In this document: piece by piece, positions 13,251-24,679 of the stretch
Numbering within the stretch: the stretch's first letter is position 1
Layout of the letters: each line of letters opens with the position of its first letter
Assembly: GCA_016748015.1 (NCBI GenBank)
Contig: JAAOMT010000682.1
Coordinates: 4,709-68,708 of the forward strand
DNA length: 64,000 nt
From: Geosiphon pyriformis uo1
Lineage: Eukaryota; Fungi; Glomeromycota
Reading direction: 5' to 3'
Program-made: the position numbers and the translations under genes
Notes under the pieces: model-generated
Told to the model about the DNA's origin: nothing
Database searches by the model: none
The model's input: only the letters and a program-made list of their open reading frames with translations

Positions 13251-14349
13251 TGTTACAAGTAAACTTGGTGGATATGGGAAATAGTAACGTTTGGTGCTCT
13301 TAATTATTGATGATGCGTCTTCCACATAATTCTGTTGACTTAGTCTTGATTATCAGTCTCTGAAGGTCTATTCCTAAATGTGAATTTTACCCATTAAGTT
13401 CTTTGGTTATAAGGCACAGAGTTTGTCTTTTATCGATTACAACGTTTTTCGTAAATGTGAGCTTTCTTCTCCGAGCTAACGAGCACAGTCATTAGGGTCT
13501 GGTGTTGTCTTTTCACCCTTCTGGTAAGCTAACAAGATAATGTTAATATCCAAAACTTAGAGGGAGCTTCTCTTTTTTACCAGGCTATTACAAAGTCTAT
13601 TTCCAGACAGTCAATTTTACTATGTTGCCGCTCCACAAAAAAAATAAGACAGAAAAAAAAAGAAAAAGAAAAAGAAAAGAAAAGAAAAGAAAAAAGAGAA
13701 AAGATAAATTAGTATCGTCAATTGCCATAATCAAGAGCAATTGGTCCAAATCATTAATAGGTTTGAGGCGGTTATGCTAAGAGCATCTGTTCTAGAATGA
13801 AGGTATGAGACAAGGGTTAATTCATGTAAATTCCATGAAGTTTGAGAACATGAATTCATGATTCTGATTTTTTTTAATAATTGGTTTATTTTAGGAGATA
13901 AAATAGGGAAGATAATAAAAGATAAAAGGGTATGGATATTTTAATTTCTAGTCTAGAGGTTCGTATCTATTTTTTCTTCTCTGTCTTTTCTCACTTCTAT
14001 AACTACTTGCTTTTATACATTCTTTTGGTTTTACAAAATTGTTTTCAATTGTTTTGTTATCACTAGCTATTGCTTTGTTGTTTTTGTTATTGCTTTGTTT
14101 TTTTACATTATCGCTAGTTATCCTATGTTATAACATATTATCTGACGTTATTACATGTTATTCTGTATTATCCTGCATTATAACATGTTATCCTATGTTA
14201 TTGCATGCTATTCTGTATTATTCTGTGTTATAACACATTATCCAATATTATAACGCATTATCCAACATTATTGTGCATTATTCTGTATTATGTCACATTT
14301 TGGTCATGTTTCTTCATAACTTTGGATTGGTTTTTCTACTCAGGTAACA
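13251..14349 (-). repeat. E1 3' LTR
   Basis: TGTTAC...GTAACA; direct repeat of 22408-23501; preceded on minus strand by PPT aaaaagagaggg (14354-14365). Confidence 0.95.
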
Positions 14350-14363
14350 TTATCCCTCTCTTT

Positions 14364-15098
14364 TTAAAATTGAGCTTCTGTGAAACCATATGTATCTGTT
14401 ATCGTGGCTTCATTTGTGTAATGTTCGATTGTTGCCTCAAGTATTGTCTTTTGTAGGTTTTCGAACTGTTGATTGGTTATTCGTCCTATGCTGTTAACTA
14501 TTATGGTTTTCATAGATCCGTTCAGTAGTATGTTTGGGTAATGTTGGAAGGCAGCGTATAGTCAGTATGCTGCTTTGTAATGTAGGGTCAGGTTGTTTTT
14601 TCCTACGAATTTTTCTACTTGTTGTATTGCTTCTTTGTTGAACATTTTCTGGTTGAGGTCTTCATATGGTGTTTTCAAGTCAAGCTGTTCTCCAATTTTG
14701 TAGAACCAATAAGCTGGAGGAAGTTTTTCTTTCTATTTCTGGGCATTATCAGATGTCTACTCCCTTGTTTCGGGGAGTTCGGTCTCACGAGCTAAAGCTT
14801 CTTTTATTTTTTTGAGCTTGGAGACCAAGTATCTTCTTTTGTAACTTTTTTCTCGTTCTTTGCCTCCTTCTTTTCCACCCCCCACCTGAAGACAATTTTT
14901 TCTCCCACATTGCCTTTTGGGTGGACGGTAGGGGAGGGAACATTTAGTTCTAATTGAACTCTTGTTCTTCCCTCTTCTGCTCTTATCTTTGTATCATATC
15001 TCTTTTTTATCAATTGTTATTTCTATTTGAGATGTCAATTTTTGAATTGTTTCAAATAATTGTTTAGATAATTTTAAAATTTAATCTGAAAGGTCCAT
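14364..15098 (-). pseudogene. E1 3' accessory ORF (unknown function)
   Basis: ATG at 15098 (MDLSD..QLFETIQ...PAYWFYKIGEQLDLKTPY...NLTLHYKAAYRLY...EAQF*); homologues in E2-E5. Confidence 0.75.
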
Positions 15099-15178
15099 GT
15101 TAAAATTTTTATCGTTTCTTGCTGCTTTTCAGATGCTATATATATTTGAATTCCCCAATTTAATTTGCTGCCCGTTGT

Positions 15179-16546
15179 CTACATTTCAATGATGATGATT
15201 AGTTCCAGATCTTGTGGTATATCTTCTGGTCTGATTAATGAAATTTGTGTTCCTAGTTGAGATACTGATGACAATGATTCCTGTTTTACATGATAAATTT
15301 TTAACCAATTTTCATGTGCTACTTTCTTTAAAATCCTGTCTTTCAATCTTAATTTGTAAGCTCCATTTCCTAATGCTTTGTGTATGTGGAATGAACTGTC
15401 TCACTTTGGGTCAAACTTTCTACTCCACTGTTTCTCAGCTTTTGTACAATATAACAGTACTTGGTCTCCAATCTTGAATTCCATTGGTTGTTCTGATAGG
15501 TGTTTATTATGTCTTTCTTTTTGTCGTTCTTGAGCATGACTAATATTGTCAGCTACTGTTCTTTGATTGTTTTCCAATGTTTCCATTAGCTGGTACATTT
15601 TTTGGTGTAAAGTAGTCTCAAAATTCTCTTTATTGATTGTTTTTGTTGGGTATGATGGTATCACTCATTTAATCAGTAACATAGCTTTTCTTCCATAGAC
15701 TAGTTCGAATGGTGTGAACTGAGTTGTATTTTGTTTCAATGTTTGGTATGCAAAAAGTACAGAAAGTATGAATAAGTCCTATTCTTGTCTGTTTTCATGA
15801 CTTATTTTTGCTAGTGCTTCACACAGTGTTTTGTTAAATCATTTTACCAGTCCGTTCATTTGTGGATGGTATAGTAATAATAAGAGTCTCTTTATTCCAA
15901 ACCGTTGGCTTAGTTTAGTCAGCGTATTATTAACAAAGTGTGTTCTCTGATTAGATAATAATTCTTTCGGACATCCATGTTGGCAAATTAGGTCTTGATG
16001 CACAAATTTGGTGACTGTTTTGGCATCAGCCACTTGGATTGCTCTGGCTTCTGGCCATTTTGTAAGATAGTCTATGGCTACAGTGATATAGCAATTTCCT
16101 TGGGATGTAATTGAAAGAGGTCCAACCAAATCAATCCCGATTCTATCAAATGGATTTCCAACTGAAATGGGTCGAAGTGGTTCTGTTGATCTTGCTTTTC
16201 CTTTTCGCTGGCATGCGTCACAATTAAGCATGTATTCAAAAATGTCTTTGTGCATCATTGGCCAATAGTATAAGTTTAGTGTTCTTTCGAGGGTAGCATT
16301 TTTGTTAAAGTGTCCTACAGTCGGATCTGAGTGCATGCTATATAGTATAGTTTTTCTTTCACTGTCTGTGATTAGTCGTTGTAGGTTGGAGTGGTTTTGG
16401 CGTTCTCATTGATATAGTTGGTTGTCTTGAATAAAATAATTTCGGGCTTGTTTTTGTATAATACTCTGTTCCTGTTGAGATAATATCTCCTTGAAACGTA
16501 GTGTCAATAGGTACTGATGTAGTCATTGATAAGTGAGTGTGTCCAT
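15179..16546 (-). pseudogene. E1 integrase, separate ORF
   Basis: ATG 16546 (MDTLTY); HSDPTVGHF...CDACQR (HHCC); RIGIDLVGPL, YLTKWPEA, LLSN, YHPQ.NGLV (DDE core); C-terminal GPY/F-like motif. Confidence 0.92.
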
Positions 16547-16556
16547 GGGTCTGGAA

Positions 16557-19500
16557 TTAGGTTTGTGACATCCTCGACAAACTGTCAGCATTGGTGTTCT
16601 TGGATCCTTCCTTGTAATGGACTTTGAGTGGGAATTGTTACAGATAAGTACTCCATCTTGCATATTTTCTTTCTAGTTGTGGATTGTTGAGTAACCAAAT
16701 AAGTCCTTTGTGGTCAGTATATAGGTCAAATGGTTGACTAAGGTAATGTTTCCAAGTCTGTATGGCCCAATAAATGGCGAAACATTCCAGATCTGTTGTG
16801 CTGTAATTTTTTTCTGCTGGGCTAGTACTGCGACTAGCATAAGCAACTGGGTGTTCTCTATTGTCTGGTCCTATCTGTGATAAGACTGCTCCTAGAGCAT
16901 TTTTTAAGGCGTCCATAGCAACAATGAACTGTTTAGTGAAATCTGGATAAATCAGAATTGGGGATGTGATCAATTGCTGCTTGAGATAGTCAAATGCTTT
17001 CTGTTAATCTTCCTTCCACAAGTACAGTACATATTTGGACAACAATTGATGGAATGGTTTTGTGATATTCGAGAAACCTTTGACAAATCAATGATAATAT
17101 CCTATTAATCCTAAAAATTCTTGTAATTCTCTGAGGTTGATTGGGGTTGGAAAATCCTTGACTTTTTGTACTTTATCTGGATTGGGTTTAACTTCTTCCT
17201 TGCCGATTACATGTCCTAGGAATTTTAACTTGGTTTTTCCAAAGAAGTACTTCCCGGGATTGAGTTTCAATTCGGCACTATGAAGACATTCGAAGACTTG
17301 TTGCAGGTGGAGCAGATGGTCTTTGAATGTTTTGGAGAACATATTTGTGTTATCTAAGTAGACTACTACTGATTTCCAAAGGATTTCTTTGTATACTACA
17401 TCCATCAGGCGTTGAAACGTGGCAGGAGCATTACAAAGTCCAAAAGGCATTACATTAAACTCAAAGTTTCCGTCTTGAATGGTAAACACTGTTTTTTCTT
17501 TGTTTTTGGGGTCCATTTCAACTTGCCAATAACCACTTGCTAAATTTAATGACGAAAACCATTTCTTTTTCCTTAAATTGTCCAGAATTTCCTGGATGAA
17601 GGGAATGGAATAACTATCTCCTTGCATAATGCTATTTAGTTTTCAATAATCTATGCAGAATTGTACTTTTCTGTTTTTCTTGGTGACCAAGACTACTGGT
17701 AAGGACCAAGGGCTTAACAATTCTTTGATTAGGCCGTTATCAAGCATCTATTGCACTTCTTGCTTAATTAGGTTATCACCAGATGGGAGTATGCAGTAAG
17801 CTCGTTGCTTAATTGGTCGAGCATCTCCTGTATCAATTTGATGCTTCACAATGTTGGTGCGTCCGAACTCATTTTTGCTGGCAAAGACATTGGCATACTG
17901 ATTCAGAAGGACTTTGAGTTGCATTTGTTGCAGGGTACTTAAATTTCCTAAATTCAAATTATTGATCTCTTCTGGTATAAACAAGTAACTTTCTTTTGGC
18001 AAATTTTATACTTGTGAGGTAATGTCACAGAATAAGAATAATTGTGCAAAATCTGGAATGGACTGGGGTTTTTCAGGATTCTGACTATTTGCAAATATAA
18101 AACCGATGAGGGTCCCTTTGGAGATTTCAATGACATCTTCTGTCGGGTTGTGAATGGAGATTTTGAAGTGTTTATGGGCTTTGGCCGGTAGGTATAGATT
18201 AGCAACATCAGCTAGGGAACAGATTTTGGGACTGTCTTCGAATAATAGGGCTTGATTTTGGATCTTTCAATTCACCTTGAGGATGTATTGTTAGTATGGG
18301 GGAATGGAGATAATGGTGTCAGTGTGGATAAATTCTATCTGGTCACTGTTTTCTTTCATGAAATTAACTGGTACGTTTCCTCTTCCACTTGATCCAAACC
18401 TGTTGATTCTTCAGGCAGTGAGACCTAACTTTTCTTGAGTTGTTACTGGAATTAATTGGGGTATTTTGACTAGGGGTAAGAAGATAGCTTGGGCAATCTT
18501 TTCTTGTGATTTTATTTTGTAGGGTCTGTTCAAATTGTTCTGTAGCATCACGATGATGTTTCCTGTATAACTGGCATTGATGATTCCTCTTTTTATGTTG
18601 ATTCCTTTTTTGGCTAGACTAGATCGAGAGGCAACTTGTACCATTGTATTAACAGGAATTTCTAACACTATCTTAAGATCTATTTTTACAAGGGAATGTG
18701 AGACTATAATGATGGGTGATTGTCTGGGGTATTGTAGATTGAAACCGACATCGGTGTTATGCGCTCTTTTGGGGCAGATTCTTTCCTTGTTGTCACTGTA
18801 CCATTTTAGCTCTAGTTCTTTGAATAGGTCAGAATACGCGAGATACTGTTCTGTTTTAGTATCCTCAGTTGAATCTTAAAACAACATGTTCTCTGTAATC
18901 AATACCTTTTCTTCAGGTTCAGGTAGTTTGGTGATTGGAAACAGTATTTTTGGAAGCAGATTGAACATAAGATCACATTTATTGCAGTACTGGAAGTGAC
19001 AGAGGATCAAACAGTGATCGCATAGTTTGGTATTTAAATCGGCCAACCTTTGCTCCTGTTTTTCGCGAGTTGGCGCCAATTCCTAATATCAGTTCTGAAA
19101 TGTGTCTGGGTTATCTGTGAAGAAATTATCCTCAGGGTAGTCGGGTTTAGTATATTCGGGCATCCAAGGGTTGTCCTTAATTTCTCGTATTTCTTCGAGC
19201 GTGGTGCCTTTGGCCCTGGTGCTTGCTATTCTCCAGATTTTGTGGTCATCGTGTAGATAACCGTCTAATCTGTTGAGTGCTTGTTTTCAAGCATCCTCGA
19301 TGGGAGTTCCTTTTCGTATTCAATTGTTAATTAATATGGTGTATTGACAAGCCTTGTCGCATGTTCCTTCTCTGCCAGGCACATCATTCCAGAGTCCTTC
19401 ATCTGGCAGGATTTCACCACATGCGAAACATGACATGTAGTTCCACTTGTCTTATCATTTTGGTCATCCAAATTTTTTCAGTAAACAAGGCCTGCAATAG

Positions 19501-22345
19501 TATTTGGTGGCGGTGGGCCATTCTTTGTTGTCCTTGATACATGTGCCCATAGTGGATAGTTTTTTTCTACAATCGACACATATTAGTCTTGGGAGTTGGT
19601 AAAATAAGTTTTTTTGGTTCGAGGTTACATATCCTAGTAATGACAATTGGGGTTCTTCTTCAGCTCTGCCTTTTTCTTTTTCTTCTCAGGTTGGTGGTGG
19701 GGGTAGTTCAGTTCAATAATCATTCGCCCATGAAACCTGATAAGTCTCAATGGTTGGTGGCATTGATGTGTCTTTGAATTCAATAAGGGGTTCCTCAGTA
19801 TGTTGGTTTTTAAAGTGTCTGCATGTAGCTGGGACTCGGGTATGCTGTCTGTTGAACATGAGTTGAAGTTCTTGGGTGTTCCAGTCAAGAGCAGCATTGG
19901 CTTTTGACAACCAGTTGTTTCCTACTAGAGCTTGATATTGAGTAGCTTCCATGATGAGTACTTTGGTAGGGATTTGGATTCCATTAATTTTGAAGAGGAA
20001 GTTGTCAATTTCTCCTATCGGGGTTTTTGTGTTCCCATCCACTGTAATAATCTGGGCAGTAGCAGCATGGTCTACTCAGCGACCTAGTTAGTCTATAAGC
20101 TGTTTTGTGATTATGCTACTGGCTGATCTGCTATCCAGGATTAATTTAATGTCTATTCCTCCGACTTTGGCATCAGTATATAGGGCCATTATTGGTTTAT
20201 TCTGATTGATGGCTGCTCCATTAAAAAGACTATGTGTGTTCAAATTATCAATGTCAAAAGGAAATATGGTGGCTAGGGTGGTGTCTTTGGTAATAGTGGC
20301 TGGTGGGATATTGCTTTTTGTTTGCTTGGAAGGTTGGAAGATTTGTTCTATATCCCCCCCTTCCACAGGTGTAGATTTATCAAAACTCTGGTCTTCTATA
20401 AGACCGAGATAGAAAGTTTGATTCAGGTATCCAGTTGGTGTTGGTCGAGATTGGGCAGGACCACGAAGGATTGGTCGAGATGGTCTACTGTTGGTTTATA
20501 CCTGATTGTTGTTGGATTCCTCCATCCCTGATTATAGTCTATAGCTCGAAGTCTGGACGGGCTGTAAGGGGAAGTTTGATAGTGAGGGATTGTTTGTGTC
20601 ATTGGTGGTGGTTGATAATAATTCTGGGGTGGTGGTTGAGTGTACAGGACTTGTTGTGCGTATAGGGGTGGTTAATTCTGAGGTATGGAATATTGGGGTA
20701 CCATGTTTTGCTAATATCTGGGTTGCTGATATGAGTTTCCTTGATTTTGGTCCATGATCTTCCTTCTGCAGTCACGGGCAATGTGTCCAAGTTTCTGGCA
20801 GTAGTAGCAGTTGTGGGGATCGGATTTCCAAGATTGTTGCTGTTGCTGACAGTTCTGTTGCTGTGGGTATCTGCTGTTGTTGTTATTTTCTCTCCATTGG
20901 AGTGGTTGGTAAGTTCCTGTAGTTCCAGCTAAGAATTCCTCAATTTTCTGAGTTAGTTTTTTATTCAATTGGGTTATCTTTGCATTGATGTTAGAGGTTC
21001 CATTAATGGCTAAATTAACAGCTTGGGTATGGTTTGCTTCTTGTTCTGCAGACTCAAAATTGTGAGCGAAAGTGACGGCGTCTTGTAAACTGGTCAGATG
21101 GCAGGGTCTTACAGATCTTAAAATACTACTCCACAATCCTTTAATGAATTGATTAAAAACTTGCATCACAGTGTAGTAGTCTCTTTTGATAGCTAATATT
21201 TGATGCAGAATTTGATTGAATTGTCCAATATAAGTAATTATTGCTTCATGATCTTTTTGTTTAATTATGCTGAATTAATTCTGCAATCGGATTAACATAT
21301 TGGGGTCACAGAAGTATTGCAGAAATGCGAGTTTAAACTCGGTAAAGGAGGTAGGCTTCTCTGTCAGGCTCTGGTACCACGAATCAGCAGTTCTGGTCAG
21401 AAAAAACGGCAGTGCCTGAACTGTGTGGTTGTTGTTCTAACCATTAGCGGTAATTGCTTTTTCGGCGTCCGCGATCCAAGAATATGCATTATCTTCTTCA
21501 CCAGAGAATTTTTCCAATTTAGTGATATTCTGGTAAGCCATGATCTGGTTAATGGGTGGGGTGTTACTGGTTATGTTTAAAGGGATTGGTGTCTGTGTAT
21601 TCAAGTGTTCTCTGGGTGCTAATGCTGGTTGCTTTCCTTTGTTACTTGAACCAATAGGTTGTAAGATAGCTGTTTCTTTCATTAGGGGAGATGTTGATTC
21701 TGCTAGGTTTTGTGTTGGTGGCTGTTCCCAAGTTGACGGGTTTCCTTCTGTTTAATCAGCTGCTGGGATAAGATTTCCAAACAGTAATCCGTATTTTCCT
21801 AGTGATTTGGTCCAACTGTGTTGATTCCAAGGGTGTGGATTTCCAGGAGTTTGTGATGTTTCCGACTGGATTTCCAGAGGTGGGTTGAATACAATTCTAC
21901 TTTGGGGTGTCTGATGGTATGATGAAGTTGTTGGAGAGAGGACTCTTGGTTTCTTGTTGACTGTGGACTTGGCTTGGGCAGTTACAGGGTTGTTGGATTC
22001 ATTTTTGTATTTCTCAGAGTCGGATTCTACTGGTTGTTGTACTTGAGGGAATCATTGTGCTATGTAATATTTAATGTCTGTATCGATTATGCGCAGAGTT
22101 TTAGCAATTGCTTGGGTAGTCATGGCTGTTGAGTACTCTAGTAAGCTTTGATAAATTTGTTCTCCAAGTCTTCTTGTATCAGTTGCACGACCTAACAAGC
22201 AGTCAATTTTTGCATTGATATAGTTACAAAAATCACTTTCTGCATAAGCAGTTCCTGCTAGTATTTCTAGGTCTTTTCGAAAGTATTGAAATAGTGCTTT
22301 TCCATACGAGAAGTGGTCCTTTCCTATTGTTTTAATAGTCACCAC
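16557..22345 (-). pseudogene. E1 gag-pol polyprotein (Gag, CCHC, aspartic protease, Cys-rich region, dUTPase, RT, RNase H)
   Basis: LEKFSGEED gag; CYYCQKLGHIARDC; LILDS.SA protease; SGYWQV, MPFGLCNAPATFQ, YLDN (YLDD decayed) RT; MDALKNALGAVL, DLECFAI, YTDHK, NADSLSR RNase H; stop TAA 16557-16559. Confidence 0.93.
18380..18790 (-). pseudogene. dUTPase domain within E1 pol
   Basis: All five motifs in order: HNTDVGFNL, ASRSSLAKKG, GIINASYTGNI, KIAQAIF, TGFGSSG. Also present in E2 (~38990-39385), E3 (split by solo LTR), E4 (~29600-29990) and E5 (~59085-59470). Confidence 0.9.
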
Positions 22346-22388
22346 TTTTATGTATTTTTGGGAGTGCTCTGTCTCTGTGAATTTATAA

Positions 22389-22405
22389 CCTTACAGGGAG
22401 CACCA
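22389..22405 (-). other. E1 primer-binding site (elongator tRNA-Met type)
   Basis: TGGTGCTCCCTGTAAGG, 2 nt inside the LTR end. Confidence 0.8.
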
Positions 22406-22407
22406 AA

Positions 22408-23501
22408 TGTTATAGGTAAACTTGATGAGTATGGGAAATGGTAATGTTTGGTGCTCTCAATTATTGATAATGTATCTTCCATGTAATTTTGTTGGCTTAG
22501 TCTTGATTATCAGTCTTTGAAGGTTTATTCCTGAATGTGAATTTTACCCATTGAGTTTTTTGGTTATAAGGCACAGAGTTTGTCTTTTGTCGATTGCAAC
22601 GTTTTTTGTAAATGTGAGCTTTCTTTTCCGAGCTAATGAGCACAGTCGTTAGGGTCTGGTGTTGTCTTTTCGTCTTTCTGGTAAGCTAACAAGATAATGT
22701 TAATATCCAAAACTTAGGGAAAGCTTCCCTTTTTTACCAGGCTATTACAAAGTCTATTCCCAGACAGTTGATTTTACTATGTTGCCGCTCCACAAAAAAA
22801 ATAAGACAGAAAAAGAAAGAAAAAGAAAAAGAAAAGAAAAGAAAAGAGAGAAAAGATAAATTAGTATTGTCAATTGCTGTGATCAAGAGCGATTGGTCCA
22901 AATTGTTAATAGGTTTGAGATGGTTATGCTAAGAGCATCTGTTCTAGAACGGAGGTATGAGACAAGAGTTAATTCATGTAAATTCCACGAAGTTTGAGAA
23001 CATGAATTCATGATTCTGATTTCTTTTAATAATTGGTTTATTTCAGGAGATGAAATAGAGAAGATAATAAAGGATGAAGGGGTATGGATATTTTAATTTC
23101 TGGTCTAGAGGTTCATATCTATTTTTTCTTCTCTGTCTTTTCTCACTTCTACAACTACTTGCTTTTATATATTCTTTTGGTTTTACAGGATTGCTTTCAA
23201 TTGTCTTGCTATCACTAGCTATTGCTTTGTTGTTTCTGTTATTGCTTCATTTTTCTACGTTATCACTAGTTATCTTATGTTATAACATGTTATCTGATGT
23301 TATTACATGTTATTCTGTGTTATCCTGCATTATAACACATTATTCTATGTTATTGTGTGCTATTCTGTGTTATCCTGCATTATAACATGTTATCCAATGT
23401 TATAACGCGTTATCCAACGTTATTGTGCATTATTCTGTATTATGTCATGTTTTGGTCACATTTCTTCATAACTTTGGATCGGTTTTTCTACTTGGGTAAC
23501 A
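22408..23501 (-). repeat. E1 5' LTR
   Basis: Direct repeat of 13251-14349; adjacent to PBS. Confidence 0.95.
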
Positions 23502-24679
23502 ACATGTTCATTTTCCACAATATTAGTATAGTCTTTGACCTTGACCCATAATACCAAAAGTAATTTGTCTTTAATAATATTTATTATATGTTATTATTCC
23601 ATTTATAAACACTTCCTAAAATCAGATAGAGCCAATTTTAATTCATCAATACAAACACAAATGACAGTCTAACTGTCTAAATTAACAATTATATTGCTCC
23701 TTACAGAAACACAAGTGAGTGCAAAAAAATGGTCTTAAGTTCAACTAATGTCAATAACATGATATCATAAATTCTAATCCTAATACCAAAATTAACATTG
23801 GAGAAAAAAACAGCAGCTTCACCAATAACTGAAGTTAAACTGAAATATTTTATAGATCTATCTGTGTAAACATTAAACAAACTTAAGCCAAATCTTAATA
23901 GTTTAACTCTAGCAAAACAAATCAGGTCTGCTATGTTAGAGTTAGAAAGATACTTATCAAAAAGTTGAAACAAAGTATTAGCTGCAGCCAACTTGTTATT
24001 TAAAAAATAGATAACTAAGCTAAACTATGTAAAAACAGGGCCTTATAAATCTAAATGCTTTTAATGTTTAAAATATTTTTAATTGAAACAATGTTCTTTT
24101 TTGTTTAGCAACTGTTCAACAAAGACAACACTATAGCATTTCAGAAACTGGGCCACACTAAAAAATCTTTTGTTTTCAAAAACTTTTAATATTGACATTC
24201 TACCAAAGTATTAAAAAGCACTTGGCAGAGCATTGAAAAAAAATAAGCCACAAAATGAAAAATTTTTATAACTTCAGCCAAAAAATTGTTCATAAAACTA
24301 ACATATAATCTAATAAAATAACATAAAAAATGCATTGACAACCAGTTAATGACTTGCAAATTCATATACTAAGAGATGAAAAATTATCTTAAAACACCAA
24401 AAGCATTTGTAAAGCTTAAAACAGAAAATGATTTATTCTTAATTTGGATTGGCCAAAAGTTTTTACATTATAAAAAAATAGATACAACAATACATTTGTA
24501 AAAAATTCACATAGAAAATCTGCTTTAAGCTTCAGGTTTTTTCTGACCATAGTATTTTACTTAGCACAAACATTCTTAAAAACATAACTGAATTGTGTTC
24601 TATAGCTAATAATGGGCTGCAAAACTGAGAAGACCAAATAACAAAATTGTTTATTAGAAATAGCTTTGTGTAAAACCAC
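23502..24679 (-). mobile_element. LINE-B segment 2 (RNase H and RT-RH linker)
   Basis: VYTDRSIK..GEAAVFF..TLVELK, WVKVKD..ENEH; colinear with LINE-A ~8720-9900. Confidence 0.85.

Larger units (their letters stand above)
13251..23501 (-). mobile_element. E1: full-length degenerate Ty3/Gypsy LTR retrotransposon (least decayed copy)
   Basis: Paired LTRs, PBS, PPT, gag-PR-dUTPase-RT-RH, IN, accessory ORF; TSD ATAT/ACAT; inserted in LINE-B RNase H end (ENEH|ADIL-like). Confidence 0.95.

Noticed and set aside
14110-14300. CRISPR-like or satellite array
   Set aside because: Degenerate 9-11 nt TGTTAT units without unique spacers, inside eukaryotic LTRs.
14039-14456. Hydrophobic ORFs (also 23074-23551, 34460-34681) as membrane or Env proteins
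   Set aside because: They are antisense translations of the T-rich U3 repeat array of the LTR.
15180-15330. Chromodomain at integrase C-terminus
   Set aside because: Only a GPY/F-like motif and a short tail are visible; no Y.V..I/YLVKW.G pattern.
20366-20711. Programmed -1 gag-pol frameshift in E1
   Set aside because: The frame change is a single lost C (aatccaac vs aatcccaac in E2); E2 reads through in one frame.
22441-22458. Tf1-type self-priming as the main mechanism
   Set aside because: The anti-PBS is hundreds of nt downstream of the putative TATA rather than at the RNA 5' end, and the PBS has a full tRNA-like 17-nt match beginning TGG.
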